Both the position numbers and the translations under genes were made by a program. The notes below the pieces were generated by a model. That model did no database searches. It saw only the letters and a list, made by a program, of their open reading frames with translations, and was not told the origin of the DNA. A stretch of DNA of 64,000 bases from positions 3,602 to 67,601 of the forward strand of contig CALVEC010000010.1 of NCBI GenBank assembly GCA_944326475.1. Direction: 5' to 3'. This document shows, piece after piece, positions 1 to 10,547 of this stretch (position 1 is its first letter; every line of letters begins with the position of its first letter). Source of the stretch: Candidatus Gastranaerophilales bacterium (lineage in GTDB: Bacteria; Cyanobacteriota; Vampirovibrionia; Gastranaerophilales; Gastranaerophilaceae).

Positions 1-3000
1 AACTATATCGAAATACTTTACGTCTTTAAATTTAGGGATGTATGTAATTCTTTTTGAATTTTTTAAAATAGAAGCGAGAAGTTCAGGTGCCAGTTCATAA
101 TCCTTAAGCCCCGATGTCTCTATCCACAGTCTTTTTCTGTTAGTATTAAAATCGCCGAGATAGAGATTGACTTTGTAGTTTAAGTCAAATGGTTTAAAAG
201 AAATGCCTCCGTTAAATTCTTCAAAATCTTTTCCGTATATTCTGCTGAACAACTCATTTCTGTATGCCCAAGGATTCATTTCTGCATCAATTTTCGGGAA
301 CTCCGTTTTTGAAACATAATGCACAGGGGCGTTGTTATAAAAATCGGTGATAGCCTTCACTTCATTTTTCGACCATTGAGACCTGTATTTTATCAACGAA
401 TTTTCAAATTTATTTCTGTATTTTGAGACATTCATTGTAAACATGTCGGTGTTCGGATAATCGGAAGATTTTACAAAATCAAACGCGTCTGACGTATAAG
501 AAGCGTAATCCTTAAGTCTTTTTGCATCTTCGGCAGTCAATGCAGGCTGATAGATTTTTACATTTTCACTAAATTCTTTATTGTACAAATTCACGCAATC
601 TAGTGCCAATTTCCCGGTCAACTTATGGTCTCCGTTGCCGGTAAAACCGTCCGGACCGAACGACCACACTTCTTTTGGCTGAACTTTTTTGATTATTTTT
701 TTGTATGCTGAAAAAATGTCTTGCGTGTATTTGTCTTTGTAAAATTCTAAGTCCGGAATATCAAGAACCACCGGATTTCTTGTAATACCGAGTTCATTCA
801 ATGCATCCAGAAGTTCATATTCTCTGTGTTTTACAAGTTCATCTTTAGTGTTTGGTGCGCCGTCCTTGCGATGCCCTTTTTCTCCGAGGGCGCCATAAAC
901 TATTTGTACGCTTTTACCGTCTTCAATTGCCTTTAAAACCGGCAAAAAGAAAATTTCATCATCCGGATGGGCAAGCAGCACTAGTACATCCGCTTTTTCA
1001 AGATTGTCAATATCATTTTTTCTTAAAATTTTAAGGTTGTGCCTGTCTGTGACCTCTTTCAGGTCGTTTACGGAGAGATTTCCGACCTGTTGATTGTTTA
1101 ATATTCTTTCGTAAAGTGCATTTTGCTCTACAACAGCAGGTTTCCAACTGCTGTCATACATCATGCAATTTTTTATCATTCGTTTAAATTGCGAGGGTTC
1201 GTCATAATAAAAATCTATAGCCGTGTTAATCGTATTAGCCAGTACTTTCGGCGGGTTTGTACAATTTAGAAAATGCAGAGGCGCCTTGAACCCCATAGCA
1301 TTTTTTATATCGTGATACGGAGTTATTAAACAGTCGTTCATGCTGCCGATAGGAGCGCTAATCGGTACAGCACCCATACGCATAGACTGATATCCCACAA
1401 GACCGCAGGTCTCGGAGCGGCTCGGTATAATAGAAAAATCACTTGCAGCTGCATACTCGTTTATCGGTACATAAGCGTCTATAAGTACAACTCTGCCGGG
1501 ATACTTCTTTATTACATTTGTCTCAAAATCTTTCAATACCTGCGGATTTAATGATTTTATACCGGGAAGTGCAAATACAAAATTGATTTTTTGATTCTGC
1601 TTTAAAAGAATTTCTGCAGTTTTTAATGCTATATCAGAGCCTTTCTGGTTTGTGTCAAATCTGCTTATATTCATCGCCAGCGGATAGGACTTATAGCGGC
1701 TGTCCAGACTGCCGTATATATAAGCATTTTCAGGGTTGTTTATCAGTTTTGAATTGAATTTATTTGTGAGAATGTTTTCTCTGCTGAACTGTCTGAATAA
1801 AAAGTCTTTATTGATTGACTTACCGTTTTCAAAGTCGGATACATTGTAAGTTTTATAGACTTGTTCCGGATTTTCGGGGTCATAGCGTTTTACATCTATC
1901 TTGTTTAAAATCGATGTCCCCCGGGGCAGTTTAACGCGCATCATATTATAAAGGCTTAATGATGAAAACTCAGGCTGCGTCAAAAGTTCATTGAGGTGGG
2001 TTTTTGAAATAGTAAACCACGCATCTGCATTTTTTAGTGCATTTACGGTTGCATTGAAATTGTTGTTCTCATCCCAGCAAACATCGTTAAATTCATTGCG
2101 GATTATGTTATTTATACAAGAATAAGTTAATGAATTTTTTGTATCGTTGAATAGTGTTTGATAGTTGTCGGCAACGTTTACAAGTACTGCCCTCATAAAT
2201 TCTTTATTGTTTAAGTTTTTGTTTAAGTCTCTTGTATCTGAAAGATTTTTTGTCTTTTCATTGAGTAATATGTATTTGTTGTCGAAAATAAGATTCATCA
2301 TTTCTCTTTTAAAATCTTTATTTTCCATTAGTCTGTCGAGTTGTGCCTCACTAAAGCTGTTTAGTGCGGCAGCGAAAGGCATATAGCGTCCCTGAAAATG
2401 AGCGTGGGCATTGAGTAAGCCGTGAACTGATTTTACGTCAGATTCGCTATTTTTCAGAGATATTGCCGCAAAAGCCGTATGCCAGTCGTTTGTATGCAAT
2501 ATAGCCGGGTTGAAGTTTTCCCCGGAATTTTTCATTTTTTCGCGGAGTGCAACAGCCGCATTGCTGAAAGCGCAATAACGTTCAAACATTGAATAATCAT
2601 CAAGACAGTATTCTTTTTTTACATCTTCTAACTCCGGACAATATAAAAAGTAAGTAGTCACACCGTTTTCCGGTTTTTTTGCTTTGTAAAGTTTTGCGCT
2701 GCTTTTTCTTATCCCGTAATGAAAATCTGTCTCTATTCCGGTATCTTCTAAATCGAATTTTGCAAAATCGCTGCCGTTTTGATTTTTTACTCCGCTTATA
2801 ACATAGACAGGCTCAGGTTTGCCATTTGATAGTCTGACGTTATAAAAAGGAACCATAATACGTATATCTTTGTTTGGATACTGTTCTTTAAATGCCTTTG
2901 ACATGTCTCTTATAACTGCTCCCAGTCCTCCTGAGACGGAATAAGGCGTGCATTCTGCCGCCAGAAGCAGTATCTGGTTTTTATTTACATCAGCACCTTT

Positions 3001-3120
3001 AAAAGAAATTTTTGTACCAAAGACAGGTTGTATGGGTTTGTTTGTTCCCGGGTGAGTGCCATAACTCTTTTGTATGGTTTTATTGTTCAATGCTAAATTC
3101 GTAACAGAATGTATTCTCAT
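1..3120 (-). CDS. Glycogen/starch-synthase-like GT5 glycosyltransferase fused to a C-terminal PIG-L/LmbE-type de-N-acetylase domain (3' end runs off the window; at least 1040 codons)
   Basis: Absent from the ORF track because it has no stop inside the window. My own translation from the ATG at 3118-3120 (AAGGA upstream) stays open to base 1. Motifs: LLLAAECTPYSVSGGLGAVIRDM (2881-2960), DFSIIPSRSETCGLVGYQSM (1381-1440, E-x7-E block of GT-B transferases), DVLVLLAHPDDEIFFLP (940-990) and FGPDGFTGNGDHKLTG (601-660). The last two are PIG-L/LmbE signatures. Confidence 0.8.
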   Translation of the reverse strand, partial: MRIHSVTNLALNNKTIQKSYGTHPGTNKPIQPVFGTKISFKGADVNKNQILLLAAECTPYSVSGGLGAVIRDMSKAFKEQYPNKDIRIMVPFYNVRLSNGKPEPVYVISGVKNQNGSDFAKFDLEDTGIETDFHYGIRKSSAKLYKAKKPENGVTTYFLYCPELEDVKKEYCLDDYSMFERYCAFSNAAVALREKMKNSGENFNPAILHTNDWHTAFAAISLKNSESDVKSVHGLLNAHAHFQGRYMPFAAALNSFSEAQLDRLMENKDFKREMMNLIFDNKYILLNEKTKNLSDTRDLNKNLNNKEFMRAVLVNVADNYQTLFNDTKNSLTYSCINNIIRNEFNDVCWDENNNFNATVNALKNADAWFTISKTHLNELLTQPEFSSLSLYNMMRVKLPRGTSILNKIDVKRYDPENPEQVYKTYNVSDFENGKSINKDFLFRQFSRENILTNKFNSKLINNPENAYIYGSLDSRYKSYPLAMNISRFDTNQKGSDIALKTAEILLKQNQKINFVFALPGIKSLNPQVLKDFETNVIKKYPGRVVLIDAYVPINEYAAASDFSIIPSRSETCGLVGYQSMRMGAVPISAPIGSMNDCLITPYHDIKNAMGFKAPLHFLNCTNPPKVLANTINTAIDFYYDEPSQFKRMIKNCMMYDSSWKPAVVEQNALYERILNNQQVGNLSVNDLKEVTDRHNLKILRKNDIDNLEKADVLVLLAHPDDEIFFLPVLKAIEDGKSVQIVYGALGEKGHRKDGAPNTKDELVKHREYELLDALNELGITRNPVVLDIPDLEFYKDKYTQDIFSAYKKIIKKVQPKEVWSFGPDGFTGNGDHKLTGKLALDCVNLYNKEFSENVKIYQPALTAEDAKRLKDYASYTSDAFDFVKSSDYPNTDMFTMNVSKYRNKFENSLIKYRSQWSKNEVKAITDFYNNAPVHYVSKTEFPKIDAEMNPWAYRNELFSRIYGKDFEEFNGGISFKPFDLNYKVNLYLGDFNTNRKRLWIETSGLKDYELAPELLASILKNSKRITYIPKFKDVKYFDIV

Positions 3121-3287
3121 CTTCTTAATCCTTTACTGTAGGCTTTAAAGACTGTGAAAAATTTTTTTTGTTACTTTTGCATAAAAATTTAAAGAAAATT
3201 AAACATTGACAATACGATTCAATTCTCACTATATAAGGGTAGAATGAAACCGATTCTATAAGCGGGAATTACCTCATTCTGTTAAAC

Positions 3288-4175
3288 CTATACCCAGTCT
3301 TCGATATTTTTCGACTTTTTGCGCCAGTCTTTTGAGACCCTGACATTCAACTCGAGGTACACTTTTTTATCAAGCATTTTTTCCAATTCCTGTCTTGCCT
3401 GCGAGCCTATAAGTTTGAGCATATTGCCGCCTTTGCCTATCATTATGCCCTTCTGGCTCTCATGTTCAACGTGAATTTGTGCAATAATCCTGTCTATATT
3501 CTCTTTTTCTTCGTATTTCTCAATTACAACAGCTACACTGTGAGGAATTTCATCTTTGGTATTTATAAGAATTTTTTCTCTTATGACCTCACGTGCAATC
3601 GAACGCATTGATTCATCCGTAAGTTCGTCTTCCGGATATATCGGAGCACCCTCGGGCAGCTTTTTTATAATGGCGGAAATAAGGGTATCCATATTTCTGC
3701 CTGTTTGTGCGGAAATTTTTACAACCGGAAGATTTTCGTCGAAAAGAGTTTTGTATGAAAGCAGGTTCTGTTCTCTTTTTACAATATCTTTAATTTTATC
3801 GACTTTGTTCAAGACAATAATCACCGGCGTTTTGGTTCCTGCTAAAAGGTTCTGTACAATCCACTTATCACCGGCTCCCGCCGGTTCAGACCCGTCAACA
3901 ATAAAAAGAATAACATCCGCATCGGGGATGGAAAATTTTGCTTCATCCAGCAAAAATTCTCCCAGTTTATCAAGCGGTTTATGGATTCCGGGGGTGTCAA
4001 TAAAAACGATTTGACCTTCTTCATTCGTAAATATGCCCTTTATTCTTCTTCTTGTTGTTTGTGCTTTGTCGGTTGCAATTGCAATTTTTTGTCCCAACAC
4101 TCTGTTCATAAGTGTTGACTTACCTACATTGGGACGTCCGACTACTGCTGCAAAACCTGATTTGTATTCACTCAT
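3288..4175 (-). CDS. era: GTPase Era
   Basis: 295 aa. G1 GRPNVGKST, G3 DTPG, G4 NKVD, and a C-terminal KH domain with GKGGNMLK. Confidence 0.95.
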   Translation of the reverse strand: MSEYKSGFAAVVGRPNVGKSTLMNRVLGQKIAIATDKAQTTRRRIKGIFTNEEGQIVFIDTPGIHKPLDKLGEFLLDEAKFSIPDADVILFIVDGSEPAGAGDKWIVQNLLAGTKTPVIIVLNKVDKIKDIVKREQNLLSYKTLFDENLPVVKISAQTGRNMDTLISAIIKKLPEGAPIYPEDELTDESMRSIAREVIREKILINTKDEIPHSVAVVIEKYEEKENIDRIIAQIHVEHESQKGIMIGKGGNMLKLIGSQARQELEKMLDKKVYLELNVRVSKDWRKKSKNIEDWV

Positions 4176-4252
4176 TTTTCATACCTTTTTCTTTAATTTT
4201 ACACAAAAAATTTTTTGAGGTTAACACGCAGGCTCTTTTTATATCGGTTAAA

Positions 4253-4663
4253 TTATCTTCTTTCAAACGGGCTGCCTTTGACGCCTTGTATTATTTGCTT
4301 TACAAAATTCCCTTCGTTGTCGAACACGTTCATAAACCAGTGGATCATATTTGGAACGCCGTTATTAAGCTCCTTTCTCCTTATATACTGTTTTGAGTGT
4401 GGTTTTTTTTCATAGTACGTACGTACTCCGTCTTCTGACACAACTTTTTCAATAGTGCCGTCAGGCAGATATCTCTTATATTCAGCCTGCTTTTTTTGCG
4501 GGTGGACAATAAGCTGGGAAATCTTTTTTATTTCTTCAACATTTTCACCTTTTACAAGTTTATTTATTTTGGCATATTTTACATAATGTTTGCTTGTTTT
4601 GTTCAGTTGAACTTTTGTTTCGAGAGGTATAACAGAGATTATTCTGAGAGGTATTCTATTCAT
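4253..4663 (-). CDS. Hypothetical protein (136 aa)
   Basis: ORF with an AGGAG Shine-Dalgarno about 6 nt upstream of the ATG. No motif recognised. Confidence 0.55.
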   Translation of the reverse strand: MNRIPLRIISVIPLETKVQLNKTSKHYVKYAKINKLVKGENVEEIKKISQLIVHPQKKQAEYKRYLPDGTIEKVVSEDGVRTYYEKKPHSKQYIRRKELNNGVPNMIHWFMNVFDNEGNFVKQIIQGVKGSPFERR

Positions 4664-4835
4664 AGGTTGCTCCTTTTTTTTGTTTTTAAAAAAATTGGTG
4701 AAAAAAAATATTTTATTAAAAATAATAAAAATGTTACAAAAATTTAGAATTAATTAGCTTTGTTAACTAGCCTGTAAGCGCTATAGATTTTAGCCCTGCG
4801 CAATCTTAATATAATCATAAGTCAAGGGCGTAAAT

Positions 4836-6188
4836 ATGATAAAAAAATTTTTCACTGTTCTTATCATTCTTTTTGTCACAACAGTTACGGTAAACGCAAA
4901 GACAGAAGCACCGGAGTTTACGAATTGTGCAATAAATTATGAGTGGTGGAGAAATTTTGATGACCCGTATCTTATTGAATATATTCAAAAAACAGAGGCA
5001 CGCAATCATTCGTTAAACTCAGCCTCTTTAAAAACAAGAGAAGCTGCAGTATCAGCAGCAAAGCAGAGAGCTAACGAGCTTCCCTCTATCAGCCTGTTTG
5101 GAAATTATGCAAGAATAAAAACGCCGAGAGCGGATTTTAACGGCGTCGTTTTTGATTCTAGCGGAACTGATGCATTTGCGCTGCCGCTAATAATGAGTTA
5201 TGAAGCGGATATTTTTTTGAAAAACCATGATAAGACAAAGTCAGAAAAGAAAAAAGCGCTGGCTGCAGAATATGAAGAAAAAGCCCGTCGTATAAATGTT
5301 ATGACAGATATGGCTGCAACATATTTCAATATAATAAAATTAGACAAAATAATCCAAACCGAAAAAGAAATTGAAAATGCAAGAAAAAAAATTTTTGAGT
5401 TGACTCTTGAACGGAATAAATCCGGATTGGCTTCGACTTATGACGTTACTAACACTGACAAACTGCACACAGAATCAATGATATCCGTAAATGATTTAGA
5501 AAAACAGCGCTCAATGCTGCTGCACAAGCTGGCAGTTTATACCGGAGAAAGTCCTTGTAATGTTTCTGTACTAAAACGCAATAGTTATGAAAAATTGGGG
5601 TTTAAAGGAAAAATTCCCGAACGTATAAGCTCAAGTATAGTAATTTACCGACCTGACATAATGAAAGCCGAGGCAGAGCTTCAAAAAGCAAGAATAGACA
5701 TAAGAATAGCAAGAAAAGATTTTTTGCCGTCAATTCCTATTGTAGGAATTGCGGGATATACGGCATTGGACTTGGGACGGCTTTTTAATTGGGAAAGCAC
5801 TCTCGGGCTGATAAGTGCAGGCTTTATGCAAAATATTTTTTCCGGCGGCAGAAAAATTGCTAACCTTAAAATCAAAAAATTGCAATACTATCAACTGTTT
5901 GAGGACTACAAGCAGGCTGATTTGCGGGCAATACAGGAAATTAATGATGCGCTTTGCAAGATAAAATTTGATACAAAAAAAGATTCTGAAAACAACAGAA
6001 AATACTCACTCGAAGAAAAAAATTTCAAACTTGTGAACGAGCGATACAAGGAAGGGATAACGTCCTATCTGCAATTAATGCAGTACAGAGAAAACCTGCT
6101 TACTCTTGAAAAAGACATAGTTGAGAGTAAAATTCAAAAATACATAGACTACATAACTCTCTATAAAGCCGTAGGCGGGGAGTTATAG
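4836..6188 (+). CDS. TolC/OprM-family outer membrane efflux protein
   Basis: 450 aa with a signal peptide. Internally duplicated coiled-coil/beta pattern and a C-terminal ...LYKAVGGEL, as in outer membrane factors. Paralogous to 55447..56820. Confidence 0.85.
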   Translation: MIKKFFTVLIILFVTTVTVNAKTEAPEFTNCAINYEWWRNFDDPYLIEYIQKTEARNHSLNSASLKTREAAVSAAKQRANELPSISLFGNYARIKTPRADFNGVVFDSSGTDAFALPLIMSYEADIFLKNHDKTKSEKKKALAAEYEEKARRINVMTDMAATYFNIIKLDKIIQTEKEIENARKKIFELTLERNKSGLASTYDVTNTDKLHTESMISVNDLEKQRSMLLHKLAVYTGESPCNVSVLKRNSYEKLGFKGKIPERISSSIVIYRPDIMKAEAELQKARIDIRIARKDFLPSIPIVGIAGYTALDLGRLFNWESTLGLISAGFMQNIFSGGRKIANLKIKKLQYYQLFEDYKQADLRAIQEINDALCKIKFDTKKDSENNRKYSLEEKNFKLVNERYKEGITSYLQLMQYRENLLTLEKDIVESKIQKYIDYITLYKAVGGEL

Positions 6189-6233
6189 ATGATTGCTTTG
6201 CCGTCAGGGGCAAACAAAGAGTAAGTACTCAAA

Positions 6234-6611
6234 CTACTGAGCGCCGGATTCAGGTTCAGCGCCGTATTTTGAGAGCAGTGCTCTGTGTTTGATGTCAAAA
6301 ACCTGCGAAAGCGAGAGCGCGGAAAGCGCAGCTCCTGCAAGTGCACACAATACAGACGATACAGTTTGAACCGCCCCTGACGCATTTTTTGAGGCTGCCG
6401 CTCCGACCACGGCACCGGCAATTGTACCCAGAATCAGTGTCGCGCGTGTTTTCTTTTTCCAGCTTATACCCTCTTTTTGAATTTCTGAGGTGAATTCATC
6501 GAATTTTTCATTCGGCACGGTATAGTTATGTATAGTATGTTTGTTCCAGAGTGAGTCTTTTACGGTGACGGTTTTTTGACTGCCGGAAGCTGTTATGCTG
6601 CTGACCTGCAT
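6234..6611 (-). CDS. Hypothetical membrane protein with a Gly/Ala-rich (glycine-zipper-like) segment
   Basis: 125 aa. Strong SD (AGGAGGG) about 8 nt upstream. Hydrophobic GTIAGAVVGAAAS...LCALAGAALSALS segment. Confidence 0.6.
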   Translation of the reverse strand: MQVSSITASGSQKTVTVKDSLWNKHTIHNYTVPNEKFDEFTSEIQKEGISWKKKTRATLILGTIAGAVVGAAASKNASGAVQTVSSVLCALAGAALSALSLSQVFDIKHRALLSKYGAEPESGAQ

Positions 6612-6703
6612 GCCGGTCCCTCCTAATGTTTCCTTAAGTGTATTAAAATTAAATAGATTTTTTTTTGCCGTTTTTAAGTGTAAATTTTACATTGTTTTAC
6701 AAA

Positions 6704-9700
6704 TTACTGCGACAACTGTTCCTGAGCTTGTTCTTTTGCTTCATTATCTTTTTGTCTCGCGTCTTTGTACATCTGAAATATGGAGTTTAGCTGCTGAAAA
6801 GTTTCGTTTTCCTGGATTTTTTGGACAGTTTCAGACTGCTGAATCTGTTTTTTTATGTCTTCTTTAACGGCTTCTTTTGTAATAGCGGGCTTTTCTGTAG
6901 TTTCAGGAGTCTTTAATAAATCAAGAATAGTTGTTTCTCCTGTTTGCATATCTTGTTCCGAATTTAACCAGCGGAAAGATTTTATTGCTGACTGAGGTGC
7001 GTTAAGGCTGCCGTTCAGTTCAACTTTAAAGGCTTTTGTTCCGTCTTTGACAGGAGTCAAATCCGGTATTTTTTCAAGAAGGGCTGCACTTGATTTTATA
7101 TTGTAACTGTTCATTGCTCCTGAAATTGCACTTCCGAGCTTTGGAATCAGCGCAGCAATATTTTCCACGGACAATTCAGCAACCGGACCCAAAACAGTAA
7201 CAATTTCCGGAGAAATTCTTCCAAGAATCTCAAATTTAGCATCATTGTTGACAAGATTCAGTGTGCCGGAGATATTCAATGCGGCATGAGGTCCTGAGGA
7301 TTTTATGTAAGAAATATTTGCATTGCCTCCGCCAAAAGTCATCTCTCCGTTGAGGTAAGAGAATTTTCCCGAGTTATAAGGTCCGAGCTGTGAGATTAAA
7401 GACCCAATGTGTGTGCTTACAAGGCTTTGTGAAAGCAGATTGTCCGCTCTTAAGAAGGTTTCGATTCTTCCAAGGCTGCCAAGCTGTCCGTCTGTAATCT
7501 TAAAATCAGCTTTGCCTTTAAGAGTTTTCATCTGTTCTGTATATTCTGCGCCTTTTAATGATATGTCGGCATTGAAGTCCAAAGACCCCATTAGCTGGTC
7601 TTTTAAGTTGACAAATGCCGTGACTGCGGAATTTGCATCTATTGATTTGCCTGAGACTTTTGCCTTCGCAAGCAAAGACACAAGGTCATAGCTGACATCG
7701 CCGCTGAGAGTGCCGTTGTATGCTGATGCCTTTAATCCTTTAAGGTAAACAACATCATTGCTCATTGTAAACTTACTCGATATGTTACTTGCGGCAATGG
7801 TTCCCATTGTGAATTTATCTATAGTGCCTTCGCCGCTTAGTATTTTTACCGGATAAACAGGGCGTTTTACAACTTTTGCGGAAGAAGCAGCAGCGCCTTG
7901 CGACTGTGCCACTTTATCCGAAATTTCAAATATTTTATCGGCATTAAGATTCGGCGACGTGAGTGTAAGTTTGTTTATAACGAATATATTTTCGAATTTT
8001 AAAGGTGCGTCAGCAGCAATATTAAACACCGAGCCGTTAAGACTTAGCTGCTGAATGTCTGCATTAAGCATACCCTGATTAAAATTCAAATCTACTGTTT
8101 CAATTTTTGTCAGAAAATCAGGAAGTCCGATTGCAGATATCTTGACATAGCCGTTAATGTCCGGAGCTGCTGTATTCCCTGAAAGATTTAGATGACCCCG
8201 TGTTTTCAAAGAGGCTGTCGGCATAACAGGCAGGCTCAACAGAAGCGGGTCGGGAATATTCACAGCAAGCTTCATATTTTGAGCTTTTGAAAGATTCGAT
8301 ACCGAACCTGTTATTCCGGCGAGCTTTTCTGCGCCGTGAAGATTCTTTTTGGTGTCTTTTGCAAAAGTGTCTGACGCAAGTGCATATAATCCGATGTCTT
8401 CAATATTCAGCGCATCGTTTGCATAAGTTATCGACGCTGAAACAATTGATGGTTTATTCAGGATTTTCTTAATATTAACCGGTGTAAAGTGGTTTGCGCT
8501 GTCAGCTTTTGCCTGTGCGTTTATGTAAATCGTTTTTAAGTCACCGCTTACCGTTGCAAAAACCGGCATTTTCCCTTTTGCTTGAACTAAGCTGCGCATT
8601 TCAGCGGGCAGCAGTGCCTTTAAATCCGCAGCACAGATGTTTCCGTCCGCAATTATATTCATTACAGGCTGTTCCATGTAATTCTTTACACTTCCTGAAA
8701 TATTTATAACCGAGCTGTCTGCAAGAATCTCAAACGGAACTATCACGATATTCTTCGGGTCAATTTCAATTTTTACCTCGGGAATATTGATTCTAAACGC
8801 AGGATTCAAAAGAGTTGCTTTTGTTCCTGTAATATCTGCCAAACCGCTAAAGCTGTCAGATTTTGCTTTTATATCTATTGCCGTATTTTGATTGCTCAAA
8901 ATAAGTCCGTTAACTTTATCTTTTATCTTTAAGTTGTCAATATTAAGCGTTAATACAGGCTGAATGTCCTCGAGTTTGCCTTTTACTTCCGCATTAAGAC
9001 GGATTGTACCGTTTTGAAGTTCATAAGTGTTTTTAAGATTAACGGGTGCAAATACTGCATAAAGGCTGTTCAATGGTATAACCTGGGAATTTAGAACAAT
9101 ATCTGCATTGGATTTTGAATCAATTGTTCCTTTCAATTCGAGCAGCGCGCCATTAACAAGAGCAGACGCTTTTTTTATATTTACATTATTGTTTGAAAAA
9201 TCAATATCAGCGCCAATTTTGTCAATAGTTGCATTTATGCCGGAATACGCTATTGCGCCGTTTAGAATTTTGAAAAATCCGTTTGATTCAAAATTTTTGA
9301 GGTCTGTTTTTAAAGTGAAATCAGAAGTAATGTAACCGTCTGCTGTCATTTTAGACAAATCTGTCGGTATATTTAGCGAGCAGCAAAGCGCATTCACAAA
9401 TTTTAAAATATTTGAAAAGCTGAGCTTTTCAGTTTTTATGTTAAGGTCAAGCGCCATTTTTTTTGCGTGTTTTATGTAAGCGGAAACATCTAATTTTTCG
9501 TCACTGCTGACGTTTATGTCAGACTCCGCATTGATTTCGCTGCCTTTAAACGAAAGATGTGCATAACTCTCCGGCAAGGTTTCCGTGCCGATTTTCGTGC
9601 TGAATTTATCTATATTTAAAAAGCCGTCAATTTTCAAACCGTTGTCAAGCGCGTGTCTTACTTTTAAATCGGTGTTAATATCACCCTTGATATCGTATTT

Positions 9701-10435
9701 AATAAGCTCGCTTATGAAATTTATATTTGTAGTTTCAGCGGCTTGAACCGGTTTTGATTCTGTTGCTTCAGGTAAAAAACTGTCAATTTTCACATTATAG
9801 TTTACATTTTCTTTGTTGTTAAAAAGAATTTTTCCGTTTGTTGCAACACGAAAATGCTTATTAAGTACGGTCTTATCTATAACAAGCGCCCCGCCGGAAA
9901 TTTTAATACTATTGCCTGACGGTTTGTCCTTAAGTGTCAAATCATAGCTGTTTACGCTAATTACAGGCATTTTGGGAGAAATATTAACAGGCATGCTGCC
10001 TGCCGCTTCTGTTTGCGGCTCCTGTGCGGGCATTGCTTTTTCTAAATAGTCAACAATTTCAAGATTTGTGCCGTTTGTAATATTAAGATTAACAACAGGA
10101 TTTTTTGCGGAAACTGTGTCAAGCTGCAATGTTTTCCACAAGAAAGGCAAAAGTTTTACGCGGACAAGCGCATTATCCGCACTGACGATTTTTTCACCGC
10201 CGGGATATCCGACTGTCAGTCCGTCTATTTCTACACCGGCTGCTAATTTTGGCGTTGTAACGAGTTTTATATTTTTAGCGTCTATATCTAATTTTGCGCT
10301 GTCTTTTACAATTTTTTGGATATCTTCTTTGTAATTGTTAAGATTAACTGCGTTAGGCAGTACAAACAAGAATATCGCATAAAGTATCACAATAACGGAA
10401 ATCACGCTTATTCCTGCAATTTTATATTTATTCAT
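6704..10435 (-). CDS. AsmA-family (AsmA/TamB-like) giant envelope protein
   Basis: 1243 aa. N-terminal membrane anchor followed by an AsmA-like start (...LPNAVNLNNYKEDIQKIVKDSAKLDIDAKNIKL...LQLDTVSAKNPVVNLNI). Long beta-rich body and a Gln/Glu-rich C-terminal tail. Confidence 0.8.
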   Translation of the reverse strand: MNKYKIAGISVISVIVILYAIFLFVLPNAVNLNNYKEDIQKIVKDSAKLDIDAKNIKLVTTPKLAAGVEIDGLTVGYPGGEKIVSADNALVRVKLLPFLWKTLQLDTVSAKNPVVNLNITNGTNLEIVDYLEKAMPAQEPQTEAAGSMPVNISPKMPVISVNSYDLTLKDKPSGNSIKISGGALVIDKTVLNKHFRVATNGKILFNNKENVNYNVKIDSFLPEATESKPVQAAETTNINFISELIKYDIKGDINTDLKVRHALDNGLKIDGFLNIDKFSTKIGTETLPESYAHLSFKGSEINAESDINVSSDEKLDVSAYIKHAKKMALDLNIKTEKLSFSNILKFVNALCCSLNIPTDLSKMTADGYITSDFTLKTDLKNFESNGFFKILNGAIAYSGINATIDKIGADIDFSNNNVNIKKASALVNGALLELKGTIDSKSNADIVLNSQVIPLNSLYAVFAPVNLKNTYELQNGTIRLNAEVKGKLEDIQPVLTLNIDNLKIKDKVNGLILSNQNTAIDIKAKSDSFSGLADITGTKATLLNPAFRINIPEVKIEIDPKNIVIVPFEILADSSVINISGSVKNYMEQPVMNIIADGNICAADLKALLPAEMRSLVQAKGKMPVFATVSGDLKTIYINAQAKADSANHFTPVNIKKILNKPSIVSASITYANDALNIEDIGLYALASDTFAKDTKKNLHGAEKLAGITGSVSNLSKAQNMKLAVNIPDPLLLSLPVMPTASLKTRGHLNLSGNTAAPDINGYVKISAIGLPDFLTKIETVDLNFNQGMLNADIQQLSLNGSVFNIAADAPLKFENIFVINKLTLTSPNLNADKIFEISDKVAQSQGAAASSAKVVKRPVYPVKILSGEGTIDKFTMGTIAASNISSKFTMSNDVVYLKGLKASAYNGTLSGDVSYDLVSLLAKAKVSGKSIDANSAVTAFVNLKDQLMGSLDFNADISLKGAEYTEQMKTLKGKADFKITDGQLGSLGRIETFLRADNLLSQSLVSTHIGSLISQLGPYNSGKFSYLNGEMTFGGGNANISYIKSSGPHAALNISGTLNLVNNDAKFEILGRISPEIVTVLGPVAELSVENIAALIPKLGSAISGAMNSYNIKSSAALLEKIPDLTPVKDGTKAFKVELNGSLNAPQSAIKSFRWLNSEQDMQTGETTILDLLKTPETTEKPAITKEAVKEDIKKQIQQSETVQKIQENETFQQLNSIFQMYKDARQKDNEAKEQAQEQLSQ

Positions 10436-10547
10436 AACCTTCTCCGCATTAATAAATTTATTTTTATTATTATATTATATACTGAATTTTTAAAAAAGAA
10501 ATAACAATTATGGTAAAATAAAAAATCAAAAAATACGAGGAGTGAAA

